A stretch of DNA of 64,000 nucleotides from Gemmatimonadota bacterium (lineage in GTDB: Bacteria > Gemmatimonadota > Gemmatimonadetes > Gemmatimonadales > GWC2-71-9): positions 91,400-155,399 of the forward strand of contig QHVB01000028.1 of the NCBI GenBank assembly GCA_003222195.1. The letters are read 5' to 3'. Of this stretch, positions 53,403-62,764 are shown piece by piece; position 1 is the first letter of the stretch, and each line of letters opens with the position of its first letter. A program made the translations under genes and the position numbers. The notes under the pieces were generated by a model. It saw nothing but the letters and a program-made list of their open reading frames with translations. It had not been told where the DNA came from and searched no databases.

Positions 53403-55643
53403 ATGACTCTCGCCGCGATCATCGGCATCCTCGTGGTCGGCTGGGCGGTCTTCACCTTCAACCGCCTGATTCGGCTGCGCCAGCTGGGCGACAACGCCTG
53501 GTCGGATATCGACGTGCAGCTCAAGCGCCGCCACGATCTCATCCCCAACGTGGTCGCCGTCGTGCAGGGCCACGCCGGCTACGAGCGCGGCACGCTCGAA
53601 GCGCTCGTTGCGGCGCGCGGCCGGGCGATGCAAGCGACCGGCGCTGGTCCCGCGACGCGCGCCCGCGAAGAGGACCCGCTCGCCGGCGCGCTGCGGCGCG
53701 TGGTCGCGGTCGCCGAGGCCTATCCCGAGCTCAAAGCGGCCGCGAGCTTCGCCGCCCTGCAGACGACCCTCACCGACGTCGAAGACCATCTCCAGAACGC
53801 GCGGCGCTACTACAACGCCGTCGTGCGGGATTTCAACACCGCCATCGCCCAGTTCCCCGCGGGAATCATTGCCGCGATGATGCGACTGCGGCCGCGGGAG
53901 TTCTTCGGCCTCGCCGATCCAGCCGAGCGTGCGGTCCCGACGGTTCCGCTGGCACTCCTCCTCATCGCGTGCGGCGTGGCGTCGCTGGGCGCCCAACGGT
54001 CGTATTCCATCGAGCGGTTCGACGCCCGCATTCGCGTCAATCAGGACGCCAGCATCGACGTGACCGAATCCATCACGGCCCGATTCGTGGGCTCCTGGAA
54101 CGGATTGTACCGCACCATTCCCGTCAAATACCGGACGCCGCAGGGACTGAACTGGACACTGGGCGTCTCGCTGCAGAGCGCGCAGGACGACGCCGGGCGG
54201 AATCTGCGGACCAAGACCAATCGCCAGGGCGCGTACCTCAAGTACAAGGTCTGGATCCCAGGCGCCGCGAACGCCGACCGGACGCTCGTGCTGCGGTACC
54301 ACGCGACGAACGGGCTGCGATTCTTCGACGAGCACGATGAGCTCTACTGGAACGTCACCGGCGACGAATGGGAGGTGCCGATTCGCGCCGCGACGGCGGA
54401 GATCGAACTGCCACCAGGCGCCGCGGGCGTGCGCGCGATTGCGTTCAACGGCGTGTACGGCTCGACCGCGCGGGACGCAGCCGTCACGATCGATGGCAAC
54501 AGCGTGCGGATCGTCATGCCGCATCCGCTCGAGTATCACGAAGGATTGACGGCCGTGGTCGGGTGGAACAAAGGTGTCGTCACACCGCCCGGCCTGCTGG
54601 TGCGCACGCTCGGAACGATGCGCAGCAACTGGCCGCTGCTGATCCCGCTCCCGGTCCTGCTGTTCGCGTTCGCACGCTGGCGGCGTTCGGGTGTCGATCC
54701 TAGACAGCGTCCGATCACCGTACAGTACGACCCACCGCACGGCATGACCCCCGCCGAAGCTGGCACGCTGATCGACGAGAGCGCCGCCATGCGGGACATC
54801 ACCGCGACGCTCGTCGACCTGGCGGTCCGTGGATACCTGCGCATCGAAGAGCAGCAAAACCCGAAGCTCTTCGGGCTGTTCGGTGGCGGGACGACATACC
54901 TGCTCCATCGCCTCAAGACCAGCGATGGCCTCGCCCCGCACGAGGTGGTGGTGTTCAACGGTATCTTCATGGAGCACGGCGATCACGTGTCGCTGGATGA
55001 ACTGAAGGACGATTTCTACACCAAGCTCGATCATGTTCGTGACGCCATCTTCGATCAACTCACCGGCAAGGGGTTCTTCAGGAACCGGCCGGACAAAGTC
55101 AAACTGCGCTGGATGGGAGGGGCCTATGTGTTCGGCATCCTCATCGGCGTGGGTGGGAGCTTTCTGGCGAAGGCATTCCTGTTGACGCCGCTGCCGTTCG
55201 TCATCGCGGCCGTCATCACGTTCATCATCATCGCGCTCTTCGCCCAGATAATGCCCGCGCGCACGGAAACGGGCACGCGCGCCCTCGAGAACGTGCTGGG
55301 ATTCGAAGAATTTCTTCGTCGCGTAGAGGGCGATACGCTGAAGCGCGTCATCATCGGCCATCCGGAGCTCTTCGACAAGTATCTCCCATACGCGATGGCC
55401 TTCGGCGTCGAGAAGCAATTCGCCCGCGCGTTCGAAGGGATCTACACGCAGCCGCCACAATGGTACGTCGGTCCCAGCGTGATGAATTTCAACGTCAGTC
55501 ATTTCTCGACGAGCATGACCAACCTGTCCACCGTGGCGGCCACGACGATGGCGTCCTCGCCGCGCAGCTCGGGAGGATCGGGATTTGGCGGCGGGGGAAG
55601 TTCTGGCGGCGGTGGCGGTGGAGGCGGCGGGGGCGCGTTCTAA
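53403..55643 (+). CDS. LemA domain fused in one ORF to a DUF2207-type membrane protein (746 aa)
   Basis: Residues 1 to about 180 are canonical LemA (FNRLIRLRQLGDNAWSDIDVQLKRRHDLIPNVV...YPELKAAASFAALQTTL...ARRYYNAVVRDFNTAIAQFP). A hydrophobic helix LALLLIACGVASLGA follows, then a DUF2207-like ectodomain (YSIERFDARIRVNQDASIDVTESI...), several TM helices and a Gly-rich tail. Confidence 0.85.
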   Translation: MTLAAIIGILVVGWAVFTFNRLIRLRQLGDNAWSDIDVQLKRRHDLIPNVVAVVQGHAGYERGTLEALVAARGRAMQATGAGPATRAREEDPLAGALRRVVAVAEAYPELKAAASFAALQTTLTDVEDHLQNARRYYNAVVRDFNTAIAQFPAGIIAAMMRLRPREFFGLADPAERAVPTVPLALLLIACGVASLGAQRSYSIERFDARIRVNQDASIDVTESITARFVGSWNGLYRTIPVKYRTPQGLNWTLGVSLQSAQDDAGRNLRTKTNRQGAYLKYKVWIPGAANADRTLVLRYHATNGLRFFDEHDELYWNVTGDEWEVPIRAATAEIELPPGAAGVRAIAFNGVYGSTARDAAVTIDGNSVRIVMPHPLEYHEGLTAVVGWNKGVVTPPGLLVRTLGTMRSNWPLLIPLPVLLFAFARWRRSGVDPRQRPITVQYDPPHGMTPAEAGTLIDESAAMRDITATLVDLAVRGYLRIEEQQNPKLFGLFGGGTTYLLHRLKTSDGLAPHEVVVFNGIFMEHGDHVSLDELKDDFYTKLDHVRDAIFDQLTGKGFFRNRPDKVKLRWMGGAYVFGILIGVGGSFLAKAFLLTPLPFVIAAVITFIIIALFAQIMPARTETGTRALENVLGFEEFLRRVEGDTLKRVIIGHPELFDKYLPYAMAFGVEKQFARAFEGIYTQPPQWYVGPSVMNFNVSHFSTSMTNLSTVAATTMASSPRSSGGSGFGGGGSSGGGGGGGGGGAF

Positions 55644-55658
55644 CCTGAGGAGATATTA

Positions 55659-57365
55659 ATGAAGCGATTGCTGCTCACTCTGATCGCCGTCATGCCGGTC
55701 AACGCCATATGTCAGACTCCCGGGTCTCGCGCCCCGCGCACTTTCCCGCCGAAAACGCCCGGGTGGGTCAGCGAACCCGCGATCACGGCAGCCGATCTGC
55801 GCCAGCGCCTGTTCCTCATTGCGGACGATTCGATGATGGGCCGCGAAACCGGCAGCCTGGGCGCCTTCAAGGCATCAGCATACGTGGCAGCCGAGTTTCG
55901 GCGGCTGGGGCTCGAGCCGGCGGGCGATAGCGGCACGTATTTCCAGAAGGTCCCCTTCTGGGACGTGAGAGTGGATCCCACCTCGCGCCTGGTGACGAGC
56001 AGCGGTGCGTCGCTCCGGCTCGGCACCGACTTCCTGCCCGTCAGCTTCGCGGTCCCACCCCGCGTGCTCGCGCAGGTGCCGGTCGTATACGCCGGCTCGG
56101 TCGCAGACACCACGAACCTCATGGCGCCAGCCGGAGTCGCCGGGAAGTTCGTTGTACTCGATGTCGCGCAAGGGTTCGATCGCCGCGCCATTGGACCGCT
56201 GCTCGGCCGCTATCGCGACGCGCTCACGATCGGCATCGTCGCGCTCGATCAGCTCGGCAGCGAACAGATCGCGCGCATTCGCGAAGGCCGCCCCGTTGCC
56301 GATACGTCACGCAACCCTCGGGCGCTGGCGCTGGTTTGGCTCAGCCGGCAAGCGGCTGCCGCGGTCCTTGGCAAGGAACCCGCCGCGATCGCGCCGGGGA
56401 CCGCAACCGGGACGACCGTCAGCGGCCAGTACGATTTCGCGCGCGCCGCCGTCGCCTGGCCGGCGCGCAACGTTGTCGGCATTCTGCGCGGCAGCGACCC
56501 GGCGCTACGCAACGAATACGTCTCGCTCTCGGCGCATCACGACCACGTCGGCTTCGATCACCATCCCGTGGACCACGACTCGCTGCGCGCGTTCAACCGG
56601 ATCGTCCGGCCGATGGGCGCCGATTCCCCTAATCGCCCGGCTACCGGCGAGGAAAACGCCAAGATTCGCGCGATCCTCGACAGCCTGCGCGCGATCCGGC
56701 CTCCCCGCCCCGATTCGATCCGCAATGGCGCCGATGACGACGGCTCTGGGACGGTCGCGATCATCGAAATCGCCGAAGCGTTCGCCCGCGCGCAGGGAGC
56801 TGACCGGCCACGCCGCTCGATCCTGGTCGTCAGCCACACGGGCGAAGAAGCGGGACTCCTCGGCTCGCGCTGGTACTCCGATCACCCGACGGTGCCGATC
56901 GACTCGATCGTGGGTGAGATCGATCAGGACATGATCGGGCGTGGCACCGCATCCGATTTCCCGCGCGGTGGCACGGGCGCCGGCGGCCCGACGTACCTCG
57001 AGGTCATCGGGGCGAAGCGGATTTCGCGCGAATTCGGCGAGCTGCTGGAAGCGGCGAACGCCAAACAGCCGCGGCCCTTCGTCTTCGACTACACCTACGA
57101 TGCTCCGGGCCATCCCCTGCAGTACTACTGCCGCGCCGATCACTACAGCTACGCGCGCTACGGCATTCCGTCAGTGTCCTTCTCGCGCGGCGAGCACCTC
57201 GATTACCATCAGGTCACGGACGAAGCCCAGTACATCAGCTACCAGGACCTCGCCCGCGTCACGCAGATGGTGCACGACGGCGCGCTCGCCGTGGCGAATG
57301 CGCCCGAGCGACCCAAACGGGATGTGCCGAAGCCGACGGATCCAAACGCGCCCTGCCGGCAGTGA
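55659..57365 (+). CDS. M28 family metallopeptidase (aminopeptidase-like)
   Basis: Signal peptide. SAHHDHVGF, GADDDGSGTVAIIEIAEAF and SHTGEEAGLLGSRWY are the zinc-ligand motifs. Confidence 0.85.
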   Translation: MKRLLLTLIAVMPVNAICQTPGSRAPRTFPPKTPGWVSEPAITAADLRQRLFLIADDSMMGRETGSLGAFKASAYVAAEFRRLGLEPAGDSGTYFQKVPFWDVRVDPTSRLVTSSGASLRLGTDFLPVSFAVPPRVLAQVPVVYAGSVADTTNLMAPAGVAGKFVVLDVAQGFDRRAIGPLLGRYRDALTIGIVALDQLGSEQIARIREGRPVADTSRNPRALALVWLSRQAAAAVLGKEPAAIAPGTATGTTVSGQYDFARAAVAWPARNVVGILRGSDPALRNEYVSLSAHHDHVGFDHHPVDHDSLRAFNRIVRPMGADSPNRPATGEENAKIRAILDSLRAIRPPRPDSIRNGADDDGSGTVAIIEIAEAFARAQGADRPRRSILVVSHTGEEAGLLGSRWYSDHPTVPIDSIVGEIDQDMIGRGTASDFPRGGTGAGGPTYLEVIGAKRISREFGELLEAANAKQPRPFVFDYTYDAPGHPLQYYCRADHYSYARYGIPSVSFSRGEHLDYHQVTDEAQYISYQDLARVTQMVHDGALAVANAPERPKRDVPKPTDPNAPCRQ

Positions 57366-57371
57366 GACGAA

Positions 57372-58553
57372 CTAGATGTACTTGAGCCACCGCCAGTCGG
57401 TGCGCCGAGCTTTGAGACTGGCGAACCAACGGCAGGGGAAATACAGCAGCACGATGGCGACGGCCCAGACGAGATACAGGAGCCCGAGACTCCAGGTATA
57501 GCCTTCGGGCGCGGGCGGGTTGGCCATCGGATGATTCGTGAACAGCCACGGGCTCACGGTGCCGAGGCGAATCAGAGACACCAGGAGCGCGAGCGCGTGG
57601 ATGAGTGGGATGTGAAGGACATAATAGAAGAAGGGCACGCGGCCGAAGACGGTGAGCCACTGCGCGACGCGGCCGCGCGCGCGATCGAGCAACGGGATGA
57701 TCGCGATCGTCGGGCCGAGCGTCATTAAGAGGAAGAGCAAGGACGCCGGATACTTCGTCGTATTGAGGAACGAGAGCAGCGCCGGCATCGGTGGCGTCGC
57801 GCTCCAGGGCCGCGGATCGCCGTAAATGTTGAACCCGCGCAGCACGAGGAACAGCGCCGTTGCGCCGAGACCGAGGCGCAGGCAAATGGAGTTGCGGCGT
57901 GCCGCATCCAGCGCGAGCACGGTGCCGAACCAGTACCCCGCCGCCATGACACCAATCCACGGAATGATCGAGTACAGCACGATCAACGGCGTTCCGGCCA
58001 CCGGCCCATTGAAGAAACCGACGTACAGAATCTTCCACAGCTCGGCCAAGCCTTGCGTGTGGGTGATGAGCGGCATCATCACGGCATTATGGAGCGCGAT
58101 GATCGCGGCCCCGACGATGCCAACGGTCCGCGGCCGCAGCCGCACCAGCGTAGACATCAGGATCATGCACCAGCCGATGACCCAGATGACGCCCGCCAGC
58201 AGGTAGTTCGCGAAGTCGAAGTTGAACGTCCACGCGACGCGAATCGCCGTCAGCTCCAGCAGCACCAGCCACACGCCGCGGACGAACAGGAATCGCGGCA
58301 GATCGGTGTGCTTGCGCCCGTAGAAGAACGCGCTGGTCCCCGCGAGGAAGATGAACGCCGGCGCGACGAAGTGTGTGATCCAGCGCGTGAAGAAGATGCC
58401 CGCCGTCGGGCCACCGGCCGGCAGACCGGAATAGACGCGGACGTGATCGATCGCCATCAGCACCATGACCGCGCCGCGAATCAGATCGATCGACGCGACG
58501 CGGGAGGTAGACGCCACTGAGGCTGCAGCAGTTGGGGCGAGCGGCGCGCTCAC
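57372..58553 (-). CDS. DUF1624/heparan-alpha-glucosaminide N-acetyltransferase-like polytopic membrane protein
   Basis: RVASIDLIRGAVMVLMAIDHVRVY...FTRWITHFVAPAFIFLAGTSAFF, about 10 TM helices. The start is uncertain (GTG at 58553 or TTG at 58604). Confidence 0.7.
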   Translation of the reverse strand: MSAPLAPTAAASVASTSRVASIDLIRGAVMVLMAIDHVRVYSGLPAGGPTAGIFFTRWITHFVAPAFIFLAGTSAFFYGRKHTDLPRFLFVRGVWLVLLELTAIRVAWTFNFDFANYLLAGVIWVIGWCMILMSTLVRLRPRTVGIVGAAIIALHNAVMMPLITHTQGLAELWKILYVGFFNGPVAGTPLIVLYSIIPWIGVMAAGYWFGTVLALDAARRNSICLRLGLGATALFLVLRGFNIYGDPRPWSATPPMPALLSFLNTTKYPASLLFLLMTLGPTIAIIPLLDRARGRVAQWLTVFGRVPFFYYVLHIPLIHALALLVSLIRLGTVSPWLFTNHPMANPPAPEGYTWSLGLLYLVWAVAIVLLYFPCRWFASLKARRTDWRWLKYI

Positions 58554-58614
58554 GACGCGAACATGGTGCGCCCGCCGAGGGCCGGCAAGTCGGGACCCGG
58601 TCAATTCAGACCGC

Positions 58615-59487
58615 TTAGTTCCGCTTGATGTTCACCTCATCCAACGCCGCCCGCAGGCCACGCGCGAGTTTGAGCGCGTCCCCCTCGCCCCAGAAATGCA
58701 TGAACAACAGGCGCGGCGACTCATTCAACATGTGGCTATGCAACGCCGTGACCTGGATGCCGTTGGCGCGCAGCGCGCGCAGGACCGGGTTCACTTCGCT
58801 GGCGATCAAGACGAAGTCACCAGTCGTCGCGGCGCCGGTCGCCCCCGTCGGTTGGATATTGATCGCGGTGGCCACGCCCATCGCGGGCGGTACTTCCAGA
58901 CTGTCGACACTCACGGGCCCCCCGCGCGGGACGCCGATCTGGTACACGCCACCGTTGACACGCCCGTGTGCCCCGATGATCAGCGCGATCTGGGTCGTAT
59001 CCAGACCGAAGGCGGGTGCTGAAGTCGGCGCTGCGGCAGCGGGAGGGGTCCCGGTCCGCGCGAGCGCATCGTGTACCGCAGTCGCGAGGGCGACTGCCCG
59101 TCCGCGGCCGGAGATGTGGAGGTACATGACGTGCGGCATTTCTCCGACCAGGTGATTATGCAGGGCCGTCTGCTCGATCCCGCCGCGTTGGAGTGCATCG
59201 ATGACGGGTCCCACTTCGGATTCCAGGAGGACCAAGTCGCCCATTAACATCGCTAGGCAGTCCTTCGTCTGTTTGAACGCCACCCAGGATCCCAACGCAA
59301 GGGCCGGTCGTACCGTGACCGCGCCGACTGTGACGTGAAGATCATTGCGCGGAAAGCCGACGCGGTACGTTTCTCCTTGCAGAATCCCTGACCGGCCCAG
59401 GGCACTGTCAACCCCCTTCCAAGTCGCCGGTGTCTGGGCGTAGCCCTGCAGAGCGAGCGCGAGTGCGAAGAGCGTGGCGACGGTCAT
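58615..59487 (-). CDS. DUF1259 (LppY/LpqO-like) exported protein with an internal duplication
   Basis: ATG at 59487 gives the signal MTVATLFALALALQGYAQ. Two repeats of the ...GDLVLLESEVGPVIDALQRGGIEQTALHNH / GDFVLIASEVNPVLRALRANGIQVTALHSH motif. Confidence 0.75.
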   Translation of the reverse strand: MTVATLFALALALQGYAQTPATWKGVDSALGRSGILQGETYRVGFPRNDLHVTVGAVTVRPALALGSWVAFKQTKDCLAMLMGDLVLLESEVGPVIDALQRGGIEQTALHNHLVGEMPHVMYLHISGRGRAVALATAVHDALARTGTPPAAAAPTSAPAFGLDTTQIALIIGAHGRVNGGVYQIGVPRGGPVSVDSLEVPPAMGVATAINIQPTGATGAATTGDFVLIASEVNPVLRALRANGIQVTALHSHMLNESPRLLFMHFWGEGDALKLARGLRAALDEVNIKRN

Positions 59488-59603
59488 GGAGTGTCCTTGC
59501 CGAGATTTGTGAGGTCTGAACAAACGTGGGAACTTGTACGTTCAGGTACGAGTCGAGGTCCAGACGTGTGGCCGAACCCGGTGTACGGGGGTAATCCTAA
59601 GAC

Positions 59604-62600
59604 ATGAACACCATTGCTCGCGTCACGCTCCTGCTCGGGGCGCTGAGTCTCGCCGCGTCCCGAGGCCAAGCACAATACTTCGGCCGCAACGCTGTCCAGT
59701 ACGAAAGCTTCCACTTCAAAATCCTGAAGACCCAACACTTCGACATCTATTTCTACGATCGTGAAGCAGCGGCGGCGGCCCAGGCCGGTCGGATGGCGGA
59801 GCGCTGGTACACCCGCATCTCCCAGGTCCTCCGGCATCAGCTCAGCGGCCGACAGCCGCTGATCTTGTACTCCGACGCCCCGGACTTCCAGCAAACCAAT
59901 GTGCTGGGTGAGCAGCCAGGTGAGGGCACGGGCGGTGTCACCGAAAGCTTGAAACGGCGCATCATCCTCCCGATGGGCGCGTCGCTGTATGAAACCGACC
60001 ACGTGATCGGACACGAGCTCACGCACGCATTCCAGTACGACATCACCGGCGTCGGCCGCGGGAACATGGCCACAGGCCTGAACCGTGTGCCGCTCTGGTT
60101 CATCGAAGGGATGGCCGAGTACGTCTCGCTCGGCAACGTGGACCCCAACACGACGATGTGGATGCGCGACGCGGTGCGCCGCGGCGAGCTGCCGAAGTTC
60201 CGAGACCTCGAGAACCCAAGATACTTCCCGTACCGCTGGGGTCAGTCCTTCTGGTCCTACCTGGGTGGGACGTACGGCGACGACATCGTTGGCGCACTGC
60301 TGCGGTCGGCCGGCCGGACCGGGAACGTGCAGTTCGCGTTGGAACAGATGACGCACCGGCCCGCGGACAGTCTCATCGCGGACTGGCATCGCGCGCTCAT
60401 CGATGCAGCGAAGCCGGTCGCCGTAGCGACGGGCATCACGCTGCCGGCCGACCGCGCGCAAAGCATGGCGGCGCGGCTCTTGCCGGTGTCGACATCCGGC
60501 GCCCGGCTGCTGGTCAGCCCCGGGAAGGAACAGCACTACAACCTCGCACCGTCGTTGAGCCCTGACGGCCGCCACCTCGTGTACCTGTCGGACGCCGGGC
60601 TGTTCTCCATCGACATGTACCTCGCCGATGCGGACAACGGGCGCACGATCCGGAAGCTCGTCTCGGCCACGCGCGACCCGCACCTCGAGAGCATGCAATT
60701 CATCAATTCGGCGGGCGCGTGGGATGCCGACGGCAGCCGGTTCGTGTTCGGTGCCGTCGTGACGGGACGCCCGGAGCTGCGGATCGTCAACGGCGACAAC
60801 GGCGATCTGATCAAGGAGATCAAATTTCCGTCCCTCGGCGAGATCTTCAATCCGACGTGGTCACCCGACGGAAAAATGATCGCCTTCAGCGCACAAGTCG
60901 GAGGGGTTACCGATCTCTTTACGTACGATCTCGCGAGTGGCGAGCTGCAGCGCTTGACCGATGATCCCTACGCCGACCTCGAGCCGGCATGGTCGCCTGA
61001 CGGCTCCCTGATCGCATTCGTGACCGATCGCTTCACGACGTCGCTGGACGAGTTGTCCTACGGCGACTATCAGCTGGCCGTGATGGCACCGCACCCCGGT
61101 GCCCCGATTCGCCGGCTCGCCCACCTGGAGCACGCGAAGCACATCAACCCGCAGTGGAGTCCCGACGGCACGAGCCTCTACTTCGTGGGCGATCCGGGTG
61201 GCATCAGCAACGTCTTCCGGCTCTCGCTGGCCGACGGCACGCTCAGGCAGGTGACGAATGTCTTCAGTGGCGTCAGCGGCATCACATCCCTGAGCCCCGC
61301 GCTCAGCGTGGCGCAAAAGACCCGGCGGGCTGTCTTCAGCGTGTATTCCGGCGGAGGCTACGCGATTCAGGCGATTGATGACCCGCACGCGCTCGAAGGT
61401 GGACCGGTCATCGACCTGCCGAAAACGGCCGCCGCGCTTCCCCCCCTCGATCGCGCTCAGATCGGCACCGGCATTGCGGAGCTGATCAAGGATCCGGCTC
61501 CGGGTCTGCCGCCGCGGAATGCCGTCACCATCAACGACGCGGTCAAGGCATATCACGCCAAGCTGTCGCTCGATTTCATCGCCCAGCCGAGCCTCGCGAT
61601 CGCAGCTGACCGGTTTGGGACGTACGTGGGTGGCGGCATCACGCTGTATTGGAGCGACATGCTCGGGGATCATAATCTGGTGACGATGGCGCAGGTGAAC
61701 GGGCGCGTCTCCGACTTCGCAGCGCTGGTCGCGTACGGGAACCGGAAATCGCGGTTGAACTGGAGTGTGGGCGCGCAGCAGATCCCGTACATCACTGGCG
61801 GCTTTGCCGCTTACCAGGATCCCAACACCCTCGTCTTGGTCGAGGAGATCGAGCGTTTCAAGCAGACCAACCGCGAGCTGAGCGGGATCGTGTCGTATCC
61901 GTTCAACCGGTCGCGGCGCGTCGAGCTCTCCGCGGGCCTGCAGCAGATCTCGTTCGATCACGAGCTGCAGAAGCATGGGTTCAACCCCGACGGCTCGGTC
62001 GCGTTCGATTCGACGATCCACTTTCCGGTCCCCGGGGCACTGACGCTGGCAACGACGAGCGCGGCCCTGGTGCACGACAACTCGTTCTACGGGGCGACCA
62101 GCCCGATCCTCGGCTCACGCTGGCGAATCGAAGCAGACCCGACCTTCGGCACTTTGCGATTCGTCACGGCGTTGGCAGACTACCGCAAATACGTAATGCC
62201 CGCACGGCCATTTACCATCGCCGCCCGCGTGCTGCACGTCGGCCGCTACGGCCGGGACGCGGAAGACAACCGCATGTACCCGCTCTTCATCGGATACTCG
62301 AGTCTGGTACGCGGTTATGACATCGGCAGCTTCAACGCCAGCGAGTGCGGCAACGGCAACGGCACGACCTGCCCCGTTTTCGATCAGCTCATCGGCAGCA
62401 AGATCCTGGTCGGCAATATCGAGCTGCGCTTCCCGCCCTTCGGCTTGCTCGGCGTCGGGGGCGGTTACTACGGCGCCCTGCCTATCGAGGCGGGCATCTT
62501 CTATGACGCCGGCGTTGCGTGGACGGACAGCGCCAAGGCCCAGATCTTCGGCGGGACGCGCAAACTGATTCGCAGTACCGGCGTCTCGCTCCGCCTCAAC

Positions 62601-62699
62601 CTGCTCGGCTATGCGATCGGTCAGATGGACATCGTGCATCCATTCGACCGGCCGCAGAAGAACTGGTTGGTTCGGTTCAGTATTACCGAAGGGTTCTAG
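59604..62699 (+). CDS. Large outer-membrane protein: MA-clan metallopeptidase-like domain, PD40/TolB-like propeller repeats and a C-terminal Omp85/surface-antigen-type barrel
   Basis: Signal MNTIARVTLLLGALSLAASRGQAQ. VIGHELTHAF...WFIEGMAEY (HExxH plus a downstream Glu). Five or more SPDGxxxxF motifs (SPDGRHLVY, SPDGKMIAF, SPDGSLIAF, SPDGTSLYF). Beta-rich C-terminus ending FSITEGF. Confidence 0.85.
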   Translation: MNTIARVTLLLGALSLAASRGQAQYFGRNAVQYESFHFKILKTQHFDIYFYDREAAAAAQAGRMAERWYTRISQVLRHQLSGRQPLILYSDAPDFQQTNVLGEQPGEGTGGVTESLKRRIILPMGASLYETDHVIGHELTHAFQYDITGVGRGNMATGLNRVPLWFIEGMAEYVSLGNVDPNTTMWMRDAVRRGELPKFRDLENPRYFPYRWGQSFWSYLGGTYGDDIVGALLRSAGRTGNVQFALEQMTHRPADSLIADWHRALIDAAKPVAVATGITLPADRAQSMAARLLPVSTSGARLLVSPGKEQHYNLAPSLSPDGRHLVYLSDAGLFSIDMYLADADNGRTIRKLVSATRDPHLESMQFINSAGAWDADGSRFVFGAVVTGRPELRIVNGDNGDLIKEIKFPSLGEIFNPTWSPDGKMIAFSAQVGGVTDLFTYDLASGELQRLTDDPYADLEPAWSPDGSLIAFVTDRFTTSLDELSYGDYQLAVMAPHPGAPIRRLAHLEHAKHINPQWSPDGTSLYFVGDPGGISNVFRLSLADGTLRQVTNVFSGVSGITSLSPALSVAQKTRRAVFSVYSGGGYAIQAIDDPHALEGGPVIDLPKTAAALPPLDRAQIGTGIAELIKDPAPGLPPRNAVTINDAVKAYHAKLSLDFIAQPSLAIAADRFGTYVGGGITLYWSDMLGDHNLVTMAQVNGRVSDFAALVAYGNRKSRLNWSVGAQQIPYITGGFAAYQDPNTLVLVEEIERFKQTNRELSGIVSYPFNRSRRVELSAGLQQISFDHELQKHGFNPDGSVAFDSTIHFPVPGALTLATTSAALVHDNSFYGATSPILGSRWRIEADPTFGTLRFVTALADYRKYVMPARPFTIAARVLHVGRYGRDAEDNRMYPLFIGYSSLVRGYDIGSFNASECGNGNGTTCPVFDQLIGSKILVGNIELRFPPFGLLGVGGGYYGALPIEAGIFYDAGVAWTDSAKAQIFGGTRKLIRSTGVSLRLNLLGYAIGQMDIVHPFDRPQKNWLVRFSITEGF

Positions 62700-62717
62700 C
62701 GAATCAGCCGAAAACAC

Positions 62718-62752
62718 GTAGGGGCGCAGCATGCTGCGCCCCTATTTTTTTT
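62718..62752. terminator. Bidirectional rho-independent terminator (26-bp perfect palindrome plus T8)
   Basis: TAGGGGCGCAGCA|TGCTGCGCCCCTA (62719-62744) followed by tttttttt (62745-62752) on the plus strand, and preceded by aaaa (TTTT on the minus strand). It sits between convergent genes. Confidence 0.85.
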
Positions 62753-62764
62753 GCGTCCCGATTG

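Noticed and set aside
53388-55502. A 704-aa ORF on the minus strand, the longest unexplained ORF in the track.
   Set aside because: It lies exactly antisense to the well-supported LemA::DUF2207 gene. Its composition is dominated by R, G, D, E, A and V, and no motif is recognisable. This is typical mirror-frame read-through in GC-rich DNA.
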